Part shown: in pieces, positions 10,820 to 19,127 of the stretch
Layout of the letters: the number at the start of each line of letters is the position of its first letter
How positions within the stretch are numbered: the first letter of the stretch is position 1
Assembly (NCBI RefSeq): GCF_000025925.1
Contig: NC_014033.1
Span: 1,290,001-1,322,000 of the forward strand
Direction of reading: 5' to 3'
Source: Xylanibacter ruminicola 23
GTDB taxonomy: Bacteria > Bacteroidota > Bacteroidia > Bacteroidales > Bacteroidaceae
DNA length: 32,000 nucleotides
Made by a program: the position numbers and the translations under genes
The notes under the pieces: generated by a model
Databases searched by the model: none
Told to the model about the DNA's origin: nothing
The model's input: the letters and a program-made list of their open reading frames with translations, nothing else

Positions 10820-10827
10820 CAAAATTA
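10820..10827 (-). promoter_or_regulatory. Bacteroidetes -7 promoter box (TAATTTTG) for the histidine kinase
   Basis: The reverse complement of caaaatta matches TAnnTTTG about 39 nt upstream of the ATG at 10781. Confidence 0.45.
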
Positions 10828-11119
10828 CTAAATAATGCTGACGTGGCAAAGTAATTTTAGAAGATTAACGCAAATCGGCCTTAAAATAAGGGCAATACGA
10901 ATAAGAATGGGGAATTTTGAAAAATGATGGTGTGCAAATTTGGGAGGATTGATGAAGGAGTTAGGTTGCCAAATCGTAACCCGTTTACGACCTCGTTGAC
11001 AGTTAAACTTTTCTAAATCCGTAGGGTGTAAAATCGCAGAATAACGAACTTCACTCCGATTGGTTTTCAATGACACGAACTGCATGGTTTTGCCGAAAAA
11101 GCGATTCGGAAATTGGTAT

Positions 11120-11127
11120 TATCTTTG
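11120..11127 (+). promoter_or_regulatory. Bacteroidetes -7 promoter box (TATCTTTG) for the integrase
   Basis: Matches TAnnTTTG 27 nt upstream of the ATG at 11154. Confidence 0.45.
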
Positions 11128-11153
11128 CAGCCCGAATTAAAAAAGGATGAAGT

Positions 11154-12383
11154 ATGTCAAGAAGCACATTCAACATTCTCTTCTATGCCAACAAGAGCAA
11201 GGAGAAAAACGGAATTGTCCCTATCATGGGACGAGTAACAATCAACGGAACGCAGTCGCAGTTCAGTTGTAAGAAGAATATCCCACTGGCCATGTGGGAT
11301 GTAAAGGGTAATTGTGCCAAGGGAAGAAGCAAGGAGGCTTTGCAGATTAACCGTGACCTTGATAATATCAAAGCGCAGATTATCAAGCATTATCAGCGTC
11401 TGTCTGACCGCGAGGGATTCGTAACGGCTGAGATGGTAAGAAATGCATATCAGGGATTGGGCAGCGAGTATGAAACGCTGCTCGGAGCCTTTGATAAAGA
11501 TATTGCCAATCTGAAACGTCGTGTAGGCAAGGACAGGGCAGAAGGGACCTACAAGATACAGATGAGGTCGAGGAACTACATTGCAGATTTCCTTCGAACA
11601 AATTACAAGCGGAACGACATTGCCATGCAAGAACTGACACCTGACTTTATCAAAGAGTTCAGTGTGTACCTTAGCAATGAACGCGGCTTGGCGCATTCCA
11701 CCATCTGGCTGTCGTGCATGCACCTGAAGGGAGTGGTAGGCAGAGCACATGATAATGGCAAGATACAGCGCAATGTCTTCGCACAGTTCCATATCAGCCC
11801 CAAATGCAAGGAACGCACATTCCTGACAGAAGAAGAGTTAAAGACGGTGATGACACATGAGTTTGAAGATGCCAATCTCGCCTTTATCCGCGACCTGTTC
11901 GTATTCATGAACTTCACGGCACTATCTTTCGTGGACTTGAAGGAACTGACTACGGACAACATTGTAGAGATAGACGGTGACAAGTGGATAATTGGCAAGC
12001 GTCACAAGACCGACGTACCCTATCAAGTGAAGCTGTTAGACGTTCCACTGCAAATTATCGAGCGTTACAGCAACTTCCCCAAGGAGAATCCGAAGTCAGT
12101 ATTCGGTGAGGTCAATTACTGGAGTGTCTGCAAGAAACTGAAGACGGTCATGAAGGAATGCGGTATAGACAAGCCTATCTCCGCTCACTGTGCAAGACAC
12201 GGCTTTGCCACAATGGCCTTAACCAATGGCATGCCCATAGAGAGCGTGAGCCGTGTACTGGGTCATACGAACATTGTCACAACTCAGATTTATGCCCGCA
12301 TCACGACCAAGAAGCTGGATAATGACCTGACAATGTTGGGTAACAAGCTTAACGCATCATTCAGTAACATCAAAACAGCATAG
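11154..12383 (+). CDS. tyrosine site-specific recombinase / integrase (Bacteroides mobile-element type)
   Basis: N-terminal arm-binding-like region (FNILFYANKSKEKNGIVPIMGRVTINGTQSQF). C-terminal catalytic motifs HCARHGFAT and LGHTNIVTTQIYARI (the R-H-R-Y family). Confidence 0.93.
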   Translation: MSRSTFNILFYANKSKEKNGIVPIMGRVTINGTQSQFSCKKNIPLAMWDVKGNCAKGRSKEALQINRDLDNIKAQIIKHYQRLSDREGFVTAEMVRNAYQGLGSEYETLLGAFDKDIANLKRRVGKDRAEGTYKIQMRSRNYIADFLRTNYKRNDIAMQELTPDFIKEFSVYLSNERGLAHSTIWLSCMHLKGVVGRAHDNGKIQRNVFAQFHISPKCKERTFLTEEELKTVMTHEFEDANLAFIRDLFVFMNFTALSFVDLKELTTDNIVEIDGDKWIIGKRHKTDVPYQVKLLDVPLQIIERYSNFPKENPKSVFGEVNYWSVCKKLKTVMKECGIDKPISAHCARHGFATMALTNGMPIESVSRVLGHTNIVTTQIYARITTKKLDNDLTMLGNKLNASFSNIKTA

Positions 12384-12387
12384 ACAC

Positions 12388-12762
12388 ATGGAACAGAGAA
12401 ACATCATTGAGTGGAGTGAGCATAGTGAGTACAGGGAACTGACTATACCGAGTGGAGAGATTTGGATGAGCGAGTCCGAACTGGTTGACCTTTTCGGAGT
12501 GTTCATCCCGAAACTAAGGAACACCATCCAAACACTCTACAAAGAGGAACTGGTGAAACCCTATGAGACAGAGCGGACTATCAAACAAAGCCGAAACCTG
12601 TACCTCACCGTATATAACATGGAGTTGGTTCTGTTACTTGCCTTCCGTCTTAACTCTTATCAGGCAAGGGCTGTCCGCAAGGAACTGATGGTACGAATTG
12701 AACGAGACCACAAGCCGTTTGAGGTGATATTTACGAATGTAGGCCGTAAACAATTCCAATAA
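12388..12762 (+). CDS. hypothetical protein, possibly ORF6N/RhuM-like DNA-binding
   Basis: Starts 4 nt after the integrase stop. The segment LYLTVYNMELVLLLAFRLNSYQARAVRKEL resembles the YNLDxIISVGYRVxSxxxxxFRxW core I recall from RhuM/ORF6N proteins. The similarity is weak. Confidence 0.4.
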   Translation: MEQRNIIEWSEHSEYRELTIPSGEIWMSESELVDLFGVFIPKLRNTIQTLYKEELVKPYETERTIKQSRNLYLTVYNMELVLLLAFRLNSYQARAVRKELMVRIERDHKPFEVIFTNVGRKQFQ

Positions 12763-12784
12763 AGGGACGATTTGGATTAAGATA

Positions 12785-12824
12785 TTGTTGCCAGTTTACT
12801 TCTATATGGAGGAACTGGCAACAA
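12785..12824. terminator. perfect 12-bp hairpin between convergent genes (terminator of the Abi/helicase operon)
   Basis: TTGTTGCCAGTT (12785-12796) pairs perfectly with AACTGGCAACAA (12813-12824) around a 16-nt loop. It lies immediately after the 948-aa ORF stop (12827-12829). Confidence 0.6.
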
Positions 12825-12826
12825 TT

Positions 12827-15673
12827 CTATTTCTCAATAATAGAGGCTAATAAATTCGTGGCTATCTCAGCATTCTTGAATCTAATGAGATTGTCTTCAA
12901 TAGAGTGGTAACCAAGGATGTTGACGCTGCCATACCATATAATGCTCTTGTCGATAATAGCAGTATGTAGGGAAAGACGGTCAATTGTGATAATCTGCAT
13001 CCCTTGATGTAGCAAACGAAGAGTATCATCGTTCTCTTCTTTTGTATAGAGTACAATTTCTATTCCATTTGCAGTTAAATCAATAAGTCGCTCTGCTATT
13101 TGTGTGTTCCTACCAATCTTTACTCTGGGACATGAAATAACTATAGAACGTTTGCACTGAGTCAAGTCTGAGATAAATGGTTGCACGAAGTTCTGACCAT
13201 CATAGATTAAGTCTGCTGTTGGGAACAGACTTTCAAACATCTCATTATTTCTGATTCTATAGCCGATTGAGGCATATCCTTTCAGACGTTTACGATACAT
13301 GGATTCGCAAACAGGAACTCGTATGTCGATATAGTCATAGACTTGCACATCCTTTTTCCCCTCAAACTCACGATGCAGTCGGCCAGTGTATTGTTGTAGT
13401 CTGCCTTTCCATGCTATGGGCGATACCAGAAACAGCGTATCGAGACGGGCATAGTCAAAGCCCTCGCCGACATACTTGCCTGTGGCAATAATAACAAGTG
13501 GCTCAGTGGAAGGAATAGAATGCAGTTGCTCCATCTTCTGGCGTTTCTCCTTGATGCTTTCAGAACCAACAAGAGTAATCACGTTAGGGCAGTGAGGTTT
13601 CAGAAGTTCTGCCAATATTGTAACATGCAAAGTCCTGTCAGTTAATATTATTGGCGAACGACCTTCTTTTTGGGCCTCAATAACATCCTTGACGATAAAC
13701 AAATTACGATATTCGTCTTCTGACAGTTGCTGAGCGACCTGAGTAAACGAAAGGGCTTCACCACTTACAGGTCTGAATGGAGTAAACCGAGGCACAAGCA
13801 ACCGCTGGAAGGTCTGGTTCTGCATCTGGGCTTTGGCATCAGTAGCATATCTGATCGGGCCACATTGCATGAAGAGAACGGGGTGATGCCCGTCTTTGCG
13901 AAATGGTGTCGCAGTCAGACCATATACATATCGGGCGTTTACAGCCTTCAAAACTTGTTCGTAATTTACAGCCGATATATGATGACATTCATCAGCTATG
14001 ACCATACCGTAGTCTTTCACAAAGGATTTTACTTCGTTATCCGTCATGCACGATTGCAAAAGGGCTATGTCGATGATACCGTGAAGCCTGTTTCCTGCTG
14101 ACGAAAGAGTACCAATAGGCGAAAGAACTTTTTTCCGTCTGTGTTTTCCAACCTCAACTTCAGGAACATCGTCTATTACAAGAAATTGCTCCAATCTCTG
14201 AACCCATTGGTCAAGTAAGGCTTTGGTATGAACCAATATCAGAGTGTTTACGCCATGCTTGGCAATAAGAGCAATACCTGTCGTCGTTTTTCCGAAAGCA
14301 GTCGTTGCAAAGAGCACACCTGTGCTATTTGCAGCCAAAGCATTAACCGCCTCTTGCTGATTATCCCGGAGTGTGCCGATGAAATGAACAGAAATAGGTC
14401 TGCCGTGATTAGTCTTGTCATCGTAGCGATAAGTAACTCCTTTCTCTTTAAGCAATGTAGTGACGACATCCTCACATCCACGAGGCAAAGCAAGATACTC
14501 ATCCGTTAAGTCAGCACACGAAATGATACGTGGTGTTGAATAGGTGGAGAGTCGCATTGCCTGTTTGCTATAGAATTCAGGATTGCGGAATGAGGCGATA
14601 CGTCTGAGGTGGTTAAGAACCTTTGATGACAATTGGCTCAATGGTATATAGAGCATATTCGAACGAGTGATAACAACCTCTGACGAGAAGTCTGATTTTT
14701 CAATCTTGGTTGCAACGGGGACTTCCCAAGGCTTGATCTCGCTAGTCTTTGATAATTCGCCAAGTGGAAGGATGTTAGAAGTCTGCCTCAATATCATTTC
14801 CAACGCATCCTCTGAGAGTTTCTTCACATTCAATAAATACTCCCATTGATCATCGTATGGCTCGAAATATTCATTCACAAACACACTGTTACCTTTTTTG
14901 CGAGCATTGCCTTGTAAGGGAAGGGCTACAAGATTACCAAAACCTCCCTCTGGCAATGTGTCCTGATTAGGAAAGAATCTGTCATATGACTTGAAATCAA
15001 TCTTCCCGTTTCTATTCATTGCTTCTGTAAGGATGGCATTACCCAATCTTCTGGCTTTCACCGCCAGTACAGGAGTCCCAAAGAATATCCACACATGAGC
15101 ACCATTGCCAGAACGGGAACGCTCGACTGAACAAGGAACGCCCCAACTCTTACACACATCGACGAATGCCAATACGTCTTCCTGATAGCCGTGTTCACAG
15201 TTCTTGTCATCAAAGTCGGTGCATAACAGGTTGCATGTATTATCCTCCTTGAGGACATATAGGCCAATAACATCTTCACCATTGACATTCTTTCCTTCCA
15301 AGTGATGGTAAAAGTCATCGTATGTCAATGGCAAGAACTGACGATTTGGGCATTCTGCACATTTATGAGCTTTCTTGTCGCAAAGCAGACGGTTCCACTC
15401 ATTCTGACAAACAGGCTGATAACCAGACTTACCGCTTGCTTTGCTATACCAGCGTCTGGCGAAGACATCCTCACGTCCTTTGAACAGATTCCGAAACAGT
15501 TCAATCTTTTCCTGTAGCGACAATTTTTGCATGGCTGTCGGCTCCTGAACAGCAGGCACAAAATCTTCACCAAGTCGTTTCCTCAACTCGGCATTTTCGA
15601 CTTCCAGCTTCCTGATTCGTTCAAGAAGTTGTTGCCGTTCAGCCATCCACTCCTGATAATTCTCTAATGGCAT
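12827..15673 (-). CDS. fusion protein: coiled coil + 4-Cys + archaeo-eukaryotic primase (PrimPol-like) + SF2 DEAH helicase + degenerate PLD-like C-terminal domain
   Basis: aa 8-35: heptad-like QQLLERIRKLEVENAELRKRL. Cys residues at 89, 98, 105 and 108 (CxxC). AEP motifs TDFDD (DxD, aa 153-155) and SGNGAHVW (aa 188-195). Helicase motifs AFGKTT (Walker A, aa 459-464), DECHH (aa 561-565), LTATP (aa 586-590) and QYTGRLHR (motif VI, aa 761-768). The C-terminus LHTAIIDKSIIWYGSVNILG resembles an HKD motif but lacks the Lys at +2. It resembles proteins I recall being annotated as a TOTE conflict system AEP-domain protein; I could not verify this. Confidence 0.85.
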   Translation of the reverse strand: MPLENYQEWMAERQQLLERIRKLEVENAELRKRLGEDFVPAVQEPTAMQKLSLQEKIELFRNLFKGREDVFARRWYSKASGKSGYQPVCQNEWNRLLCDKKAHKCAECPNRQFLPLTYDDFYHHLEGKNVNGEDVIGLYVLKEDNTCNLLCTDFDDKNCEHGYQEDVLAFVDVCKSWGVPCSVERSRSGNGAHVWIFFGTPVLAVKARRLGNAILTEAMNRNGKIDFKSYDRFFPNQDTLPEGGFGNLVALPLQGNARKKGNSVFVNEYFEPYDDQWEYLLNVKKLSEDALEMILRQTSNILPLGELSKTSEIKPWEVPVATKIEKSDFSSEVVITRSNMLYIPLSQLSSKVLNHLRRIASFRNPEFYSKQAMRLSTYSTPRIISCADLTDEYLALPRGCEDVVTTLLKEKGVTYRYDDKTNHGRPISVHFIGTLRDNQQEAVNALAANSTGVLFATTAFGKTTTGIALIAKHGVNTLILVHTKALLDQWVQRLEQFLVIDDVPEVEVGKHRRKKVLSPIGTLSSAGNRLHGIIDIALLQSCMTDNEVKSFVKDYGMVIADECHHISAVNYEQVLKAVNARYVYGLTATPFRKDGHHPVLFMQCGPIRYATDAKAQMQNQTFQRLLVPRFTPFRPVSGEALSFTQVAQQLSEDEYRNLFIVKDVIEAQKEGRSPIILTDRTLHVTILAELLKPHCPNVITLVGSESIKEKRQKMEQLHSIPSTEPLVIIATGKYVGEGFDYARLDTLFLVSPIAWKGRLQQYTGRLHREFEGKKDVQVYDYIDIRVPVCESMYRKRLKGYASIGYRIRNNEMFESLFPTADLIYDGQNFVQPFISDLTQCKRSIVISCPRVKIGRNTQIAERLIDLTANGIEIVLYTKEENDDTLRLLHQGMQIITIDRLSLHTAIIDKSIIWYGSVNILGYHSIEDNLIRFKNAEIATNLLASIIEK

Positions 15674-15678
15674 AGATA

Positions 15679-16713
15679 TTATAACACCATTTGCCGGAAT
15701 CGATTTTGTAACTCTTCAAGCCGCTTTAACAGTGCATCAAAGTCCAAAGGATTGCCATAGATAAAACTCGACTTCATGTTCTCGTAGTCACTACGGAATC
15801 TGTTTTGTATTTCGCCAACGGGACAAAACGAAATCTTGTCTGGCATATCCAGTGAATAGTCAACGCCACCGACATGATAGAACTTTTTGCGATGCTCCAC
15901 AATCTCGGTATATAGAAGCACATTCTGCAATGCAGATCTCGCGTATTCTGTATCCATCAGTTTCTCCAAGTCGTAGAGGTGTCGGCTCATGCGAAGTGTT
16001 CTGGGATGTCTGCGCTGGTATTCTTCATTCAAGAGAAAGGCTTTCTCAAGAAAGGTGCGCGATGGGGATATGGTAGCAATATCGGTCATTGTCTCACCGT
16101 CATCATCCTTGAACTCATCAGAAATCAACGAAGAAATATGCTTCACCTCAAATGGTTCTTTCATTGACAGACAACTGATCTCAATTTTCACCACGGGCTT
16201 CACATATGAATGACCGGAATTAAAGATGCTGGGATAATGTACCAATAGCACTGTCGGGTCTGCGTCATGGTCAATAGGCTTTTCACCCTCTGCAGTCATG
16301 TGAGTTGTGACTGCTTCCACTTTCACGTTAAAACCTATACTTTCCAGTTTCTTTTCAAGTTCATTTTTCAGTTCACCATGTACGAAGTCACGTGATGCTT
16401 TTCGTAGCATCTTTATCTGGTTGTTGTTCTCGCATCTGGCACACGCAACACCTTTTTCTATTAGGAAGAAGTCACGATATAGAGCAATGTCGATGTCTTC
16501 ACTGAATCGGTTGATGATGTTCCAGCCCTTGCTCAGACTTGTACCTCCCTTGAAATAAGTGTACTTTGATGTGCTCAGTTCGAACAATGCCTTTAATACG
16601 GTTGTCACCCACCAATCTTTTTCTACCGATTCTTGGTCGATGTTCTTCAAGTCCGATATACGGTTGACCATATAAAGACGGTCTGCCAAGTTGTTATCTA
16701 TCCATCTACTCAT
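15679..16713 (-). CDS. abiEii: AbiEii/AbiGii-family nucleotidyltransferase toxin (DUF1814)
   Basis: YFKGGTSLSKGWNIINRFSEDIDIALY is the GGTxL ... RxSxDID nucleotidyltransferase signature of AbiEii. The 344-aa size fits. Its start overlaps the stop of the upstream AbiEi-like gene by 8 nt. Confidence 0.85.
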   Translation of the reverse strand: MSRWIDNNLADRLYMVNRISDLKNIDQESVEKDWWVTTVLKALFELSTSKYTYFKGGTSLSKGWNIINRFSEDIDIALYRDFFLIEKGVACARCENNNQIKMLRKASRDFVHGELKNELEKKLESIGFNVKVEAVTTHMTAEGEKPIDHDADPTVLLVHYPSIFNSGHSYVKPVVKIEISCLSMKEPFEVKHISSLISDEFKDDDGETMTDIATISPSRTFLEKAFLLNEEYQRRHPRTLRMSRHLYDLEKLMDTEYARSALQNVLLYTEIVEHRKKFYHVGGVDYSLDMPDKISFCPVGEIQNRFRSDYENMKSSFIYGNPLDFDALLKRLEELQNRFRQMVL

Positions 16714-17311
16714 GGTTAATCTCTTTTTTCAGAGTTGTTACTATCTTTCGAATCCAGGCAGGTGCAAGTTGCAAATCCTTCTGCCATGTCTTTTCTTCGG
16801 GATGCTCTGTCAACAATTTGCGTATGATGCCGATATGTTCGTCTGTCAGGTCTTCTTTGCCAATAGCCTTCAGTGCCTGTACAAGAACGGGCATCAACTC
16901 ACCTTTATAGGCAAAGTTCTTGGGAACGCTACGCCTGAGCCGGATAGTACGATTCCCTAATTTGATCTCCCTTGCAGAGCCACTGGTTATGTACTCCGAA
17001 TTCATAGGTACTTGTGTTGACAGACCTAACAGATTCATGGCCGTGTTGCCTGTTGGCAGGATCTTGGCTTTGTCGCGTTTAGCGATAGCCTTTATGATGT
17101 CGCCCACAGGAGGAAAGACAACGCCAAACTTGCTCCGCATAGGCTTGACATAGATTCCGTAGGAGATTCGCGAAATCAGTTCCTGTCCACATAACTCAGA
17201 CAATATCTGTCTTACATAGACATCATCATAATTCGGGAAACTGTTGTTGAAAAACAGACTTCCGTCCTGACTTCTGTTAATCACATTTATAATATGCTCT
17301 TTTACTGTCAT
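16706..17311 (-). CDS. abiEi: AbiEi-family (DUF6088-like) antitoxin / transcriptional regulator
   Basis: The 201-aa product has an N-terminal wHTH-like region (VRQILSELCGQELISRISYGIYVKP) and GNTAMNLLGLSTQVP, as I recall for DUF6088/AbiEi proteins. It sits immediately upstream of AbiEii and overlaps it. Confidence 0.75.
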   Translation of the reverse strand: MTVKEHIINVINRSQDGSLFFNNSFPNYDDVYVRQILSELCGQELISRISYGIYVKPMRSKFGVVFPPVGDIIKAIAKRDKAKILPTGNTAMNLLGLSTQVPMNSEYITSGSAREIKLGNRTIRLRRSVPKNFAYKGELMPVLVQALKAIGKEDLTDEHIGIIRKLLTEHPEEKTWQKDLQLAPAWIRKIVTTLKKEINHE

Positions 17312-17375
17312 TTATGCTATGATATTTTTATTCGTCAACATACAAATATTTGCAAAATTTGTTAGTTCTCGACTG

Positions 17376-17383
17376 CAAAGATA
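17376..17383 (-). promoter_or_regulatory. Bacteroidetes -7 promoter box (TATCTTTG) for the AbiEi-AbiEii-AEP/helicase operon
   Basis: The reverse complement of caaagata matches TAnnTTTG about 65 nt upstream of the AbiEi ATG at 17311. Confidence 0.45.
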
Positions 17384-17516
17384 ATACATTTTTCTTAAAT
17401 GAGAGCAATGTAGAACATATTTTTTTCTGGGGGAATGATAGAAAGAAGGATTTTCCATGCCATTCCAAGTGAAATGACACAGAAAATCCAAAGAAAAGAC
17501 AAGAACAAACATTTTT

Positions 17517-17828
17517 CTAATCTTTACGGTATGCAGGATGGTAACATTCCTCTAACAGCTTTTCAAGGTCACTCTCACGATAGAGCACCTTTCCACCTAA
17601 CTTGATGTAAGGTACAATGCCGCTGTCACGATACTCCTGCAATGTGCGACGGCTTATCTTCAGGCGGTGCGACACCTCCAAATCCGACAAGTACCGCTCT
17701 CCGTTCAACAAAGGACGATAATTGTATGTAACCTTGTCAAACAGCGTCTCAATCTCCTTCATCGACTTCATGGCATCCACCAAGCCGTCAGTTCTCAAAG
17801 TAATCAACTCTTTCAGATAATTCTCCAT
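17517..17828 (-). CDS. helix-turn-helix (excisionase/MerR-like, HTH_17-type) DNA-binding protein
   Basis: LKISRRTLQEYRDSGIVPYIKLGGKVLYRESDLEKLL is the typical excisionase-family HTH of Bacteroides mobile elements. Confidence 0.8.
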   Translation of the reverse strand: MENYLKELITLRTDGLVDAMKSMKEIETLFDKVTYNYRPLLNGERYLSDLEVSHRLKISRRTLQEYRDSGIVPYIKLGGKVLYRESDLEKLLEECYHPAYRKD

Positions 17829-17859
17829 GTTTTACTTTTGTTTATTATTCCATTCCACA

Positions 17860-18201
17860 CTAAACCATTACAGCCCCGTTGGTTCTGGGCTTTCGAGGCT
17901 TTCGCCATGCCGCATCCTTCTTCCTGTCTGCTACCACCCTCATGATGCTCTCTACATCCTCCGGCTTGTAATAAGTCTTGTGGCTAATCTGTGAATATGC
18001 CAGAGTGCCGTTGTCCCTCAACGTCTGCAACGTTCTCGGACTGATGCGCAACCTGTCGCATACCTCCTGATTATCCATCCACTCGCCCAGACGCTTGTCT
18101 GAGCCTCGCTTACCCATCTCCATCATCTTCTTGACGAAGTGATCAAACTTCCCTGCGAACTTCTCGTAGGCATCTTTTTCGATATTCACAATCTCCATCA
18201 T
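17860..18201 (-). CDS. helix-turn-helix (excisionase/MerR-like) DNA-binding protein, paralogue of the previous gene
   Basis: LRISPRTLQTLRDNGTLAYSQISHKTYYKPEDVESIM is the same HTH family. It lies in tandem with 17517-17828. Confidence 0.8.
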   Translation of the reverse strand: MMEIVNIEKDAYEKFAGKFDHFVKKMMEMGKRGSDKRLGEWMDNQEVCDRLRISPRTLQTLRDNGTLAYSQISHKTYYKPEDVESIMRVVADRKKDAAWRKPRKPRTNGAVMV

Positions 18202-18256
18202 TATTATATTTTTAAGTTATACTTCATGTTTATATGGCTCTTTTCGGAACCGTCGG

Positions 18257-18264
18257 CAAAGGTA
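18257..18264 (-). promoter_or_regulatory. Bacteroidetes -7 promoter box (TACCTTTG) for the HTH gene pair
   Basis: The reverse complement of caaaggta matches TAnnTTTG about 56 nt upstream of the ATG at 18201. Confidence 0.45.
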
Positions 18265-18306
18265 CTTCAAAAGTTCCTGTTGCCTGTTGTTTGGAAGTTT
18301 TCTTGT

Positions 18307-18323
18307 CTGAATTAACAATTCAG
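18307..18323. promoter_or_regulatory. perfect 7-3-7 palindrome upstream of the HTH promoter (candidate operator)
   Basis: CTGAATT-AAC-AATTCAG lies about 45-60 nt upstream (minus-strand sense) of the -7 box at 18257-18264. Confidence 0.3.
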
Positions 18324-18916
18324 CCTTTCTTTATTCTAATGCCCTCAGAGCTTGCTCATCAGGAAAGATACCCGCAGCATTGTGTGGCACTCCGCCACCA
18401 GCTGCGTATTAGGCTACACCCTTCTATGGCATCCCTTTGCGGCATTGCAAGCAACAGGGGGTAGTAGGCTACCCCTATTGCGGGTTGGTGCAAGCACCTT
18501 TGTGCCATTTTCCTATTTGTCAATGCGAAGGTACTACATCCACTTCATTCTTATCGCCTTTCCAAAGCATGTGTCACCGAATGTCCCACTAAAACGGTGA
18601 CATTGGTGACACTGATTCTTCAATTCCAGTGCAAAAGTAACGTTTTCCATGCCTAACTGCTACATCTCTCAGACAACTTGCGCAGTTTTGCCCTCAAAAT
18701 CGGCGCAATCAGCGCAAGCAAGGCATCATCCATCTGTTCAATTGCGGTGCGAAATTACATATTCCTGATGTAACCACCAAATTTTTAGAGGCAGTTGGCA
18801 CTCGTGGCATCGATAATGGGTGCCACGAACGCCACCATTTTCACTGAAATCACATCACTATAGCGAGTAACTTCACCAAAGGCACAATATCAACTATACC
18901 GTTAAAACATTAAAAT

Positions 18917-18948
18917 GATAAAACGATAAATTGATAAATTGCTAAATC
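18917..18948. repeat. four tandem 8-bp units (GATAAAAC GATAAATT GATAAATT GCTAAATC)
   Basis: Read directly from the sequence. The block is followed by four dispersed TGATT(G) copies between 18956 and 18997. Confidence 0.7.
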
Positions 18949-19008
18949 AGTCAGCTGATTGATTGCTCAAATGAGAAGTTGATTTTGAAATTGATTGGCA
19001 AACACACT

Positions 19009-19080
19009 CACCAATTCACCAATTGGCTGAAGGACTGACAGCACAACGGACTAATGGATGGACTGACGGATGGACTAATT
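19009..19080. repeat. tandem CACCAATT x2 followed by GGACTRA / GGATGGACTRA iterated block
   Basis: CACCAATTCACCAATT at 19009-19024. GGACTGA at 19032. GGACTAATGGATGGACTGACGGATGGACTAATT at 19048-19080. Confidence 0.7.
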
Positions 19081-19127
19081 TCACAAAGGACATGGTACAC
19101 CTTTATTATATATAGAAGCCATTGAAG

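Noticed and set aside
10828-11085. 85-aa minus-strand ORF in the kinase/integrase intergenic region
   Set aside because: It has no promoter box, start context or motif. It lies in the probable attachment/junction region and is more likely non-coding.
10782-11153. Search for a tRNA gene or att direct repeat at the integrase-proximal end, with the partner flank at 21469-21618
   Set aside because: I could see no cloverleaf-compatible sequence. I found no shared word of 10 nt or more between the two flanks by eye. The boundaries are therefore left approximate. A computational repeat search or empty-site comparison is needed.
11157-11792. 211-aa minus-strand ORF, plus several smaller ones at 11183-11998
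   Set aside because: They are nested antisense inside the integrase gene, whose catalytic motifs are clear. They are Cys/Leu-rich shadow frames.
17312-17512. 66-aa minus-strand ORF between the HTH gene and AbiEi
   Set aside because: It contains the predicted operon promoter box at 17376-17383. It is AT-rich with an implausible Cys/His/Phe composition.
18355-18362. CUGAUGAG (minus strand), reminiscent of the hammerhead ribozyme core
   Set aside because: The flanking sequence does not form the required stem II, and there is no properly placed GAAA or cleavage-site helix. It is probably a chance 8-mer.
18234-18600. Two overlapping plus-strand ORFs (76 and 82 aa)
   Set aside because: They run divergent-antisense through a region full of hairpins and promoter boxes for the opposite strand. 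They have no motifs. I treated the region as non-coding and regulatory.
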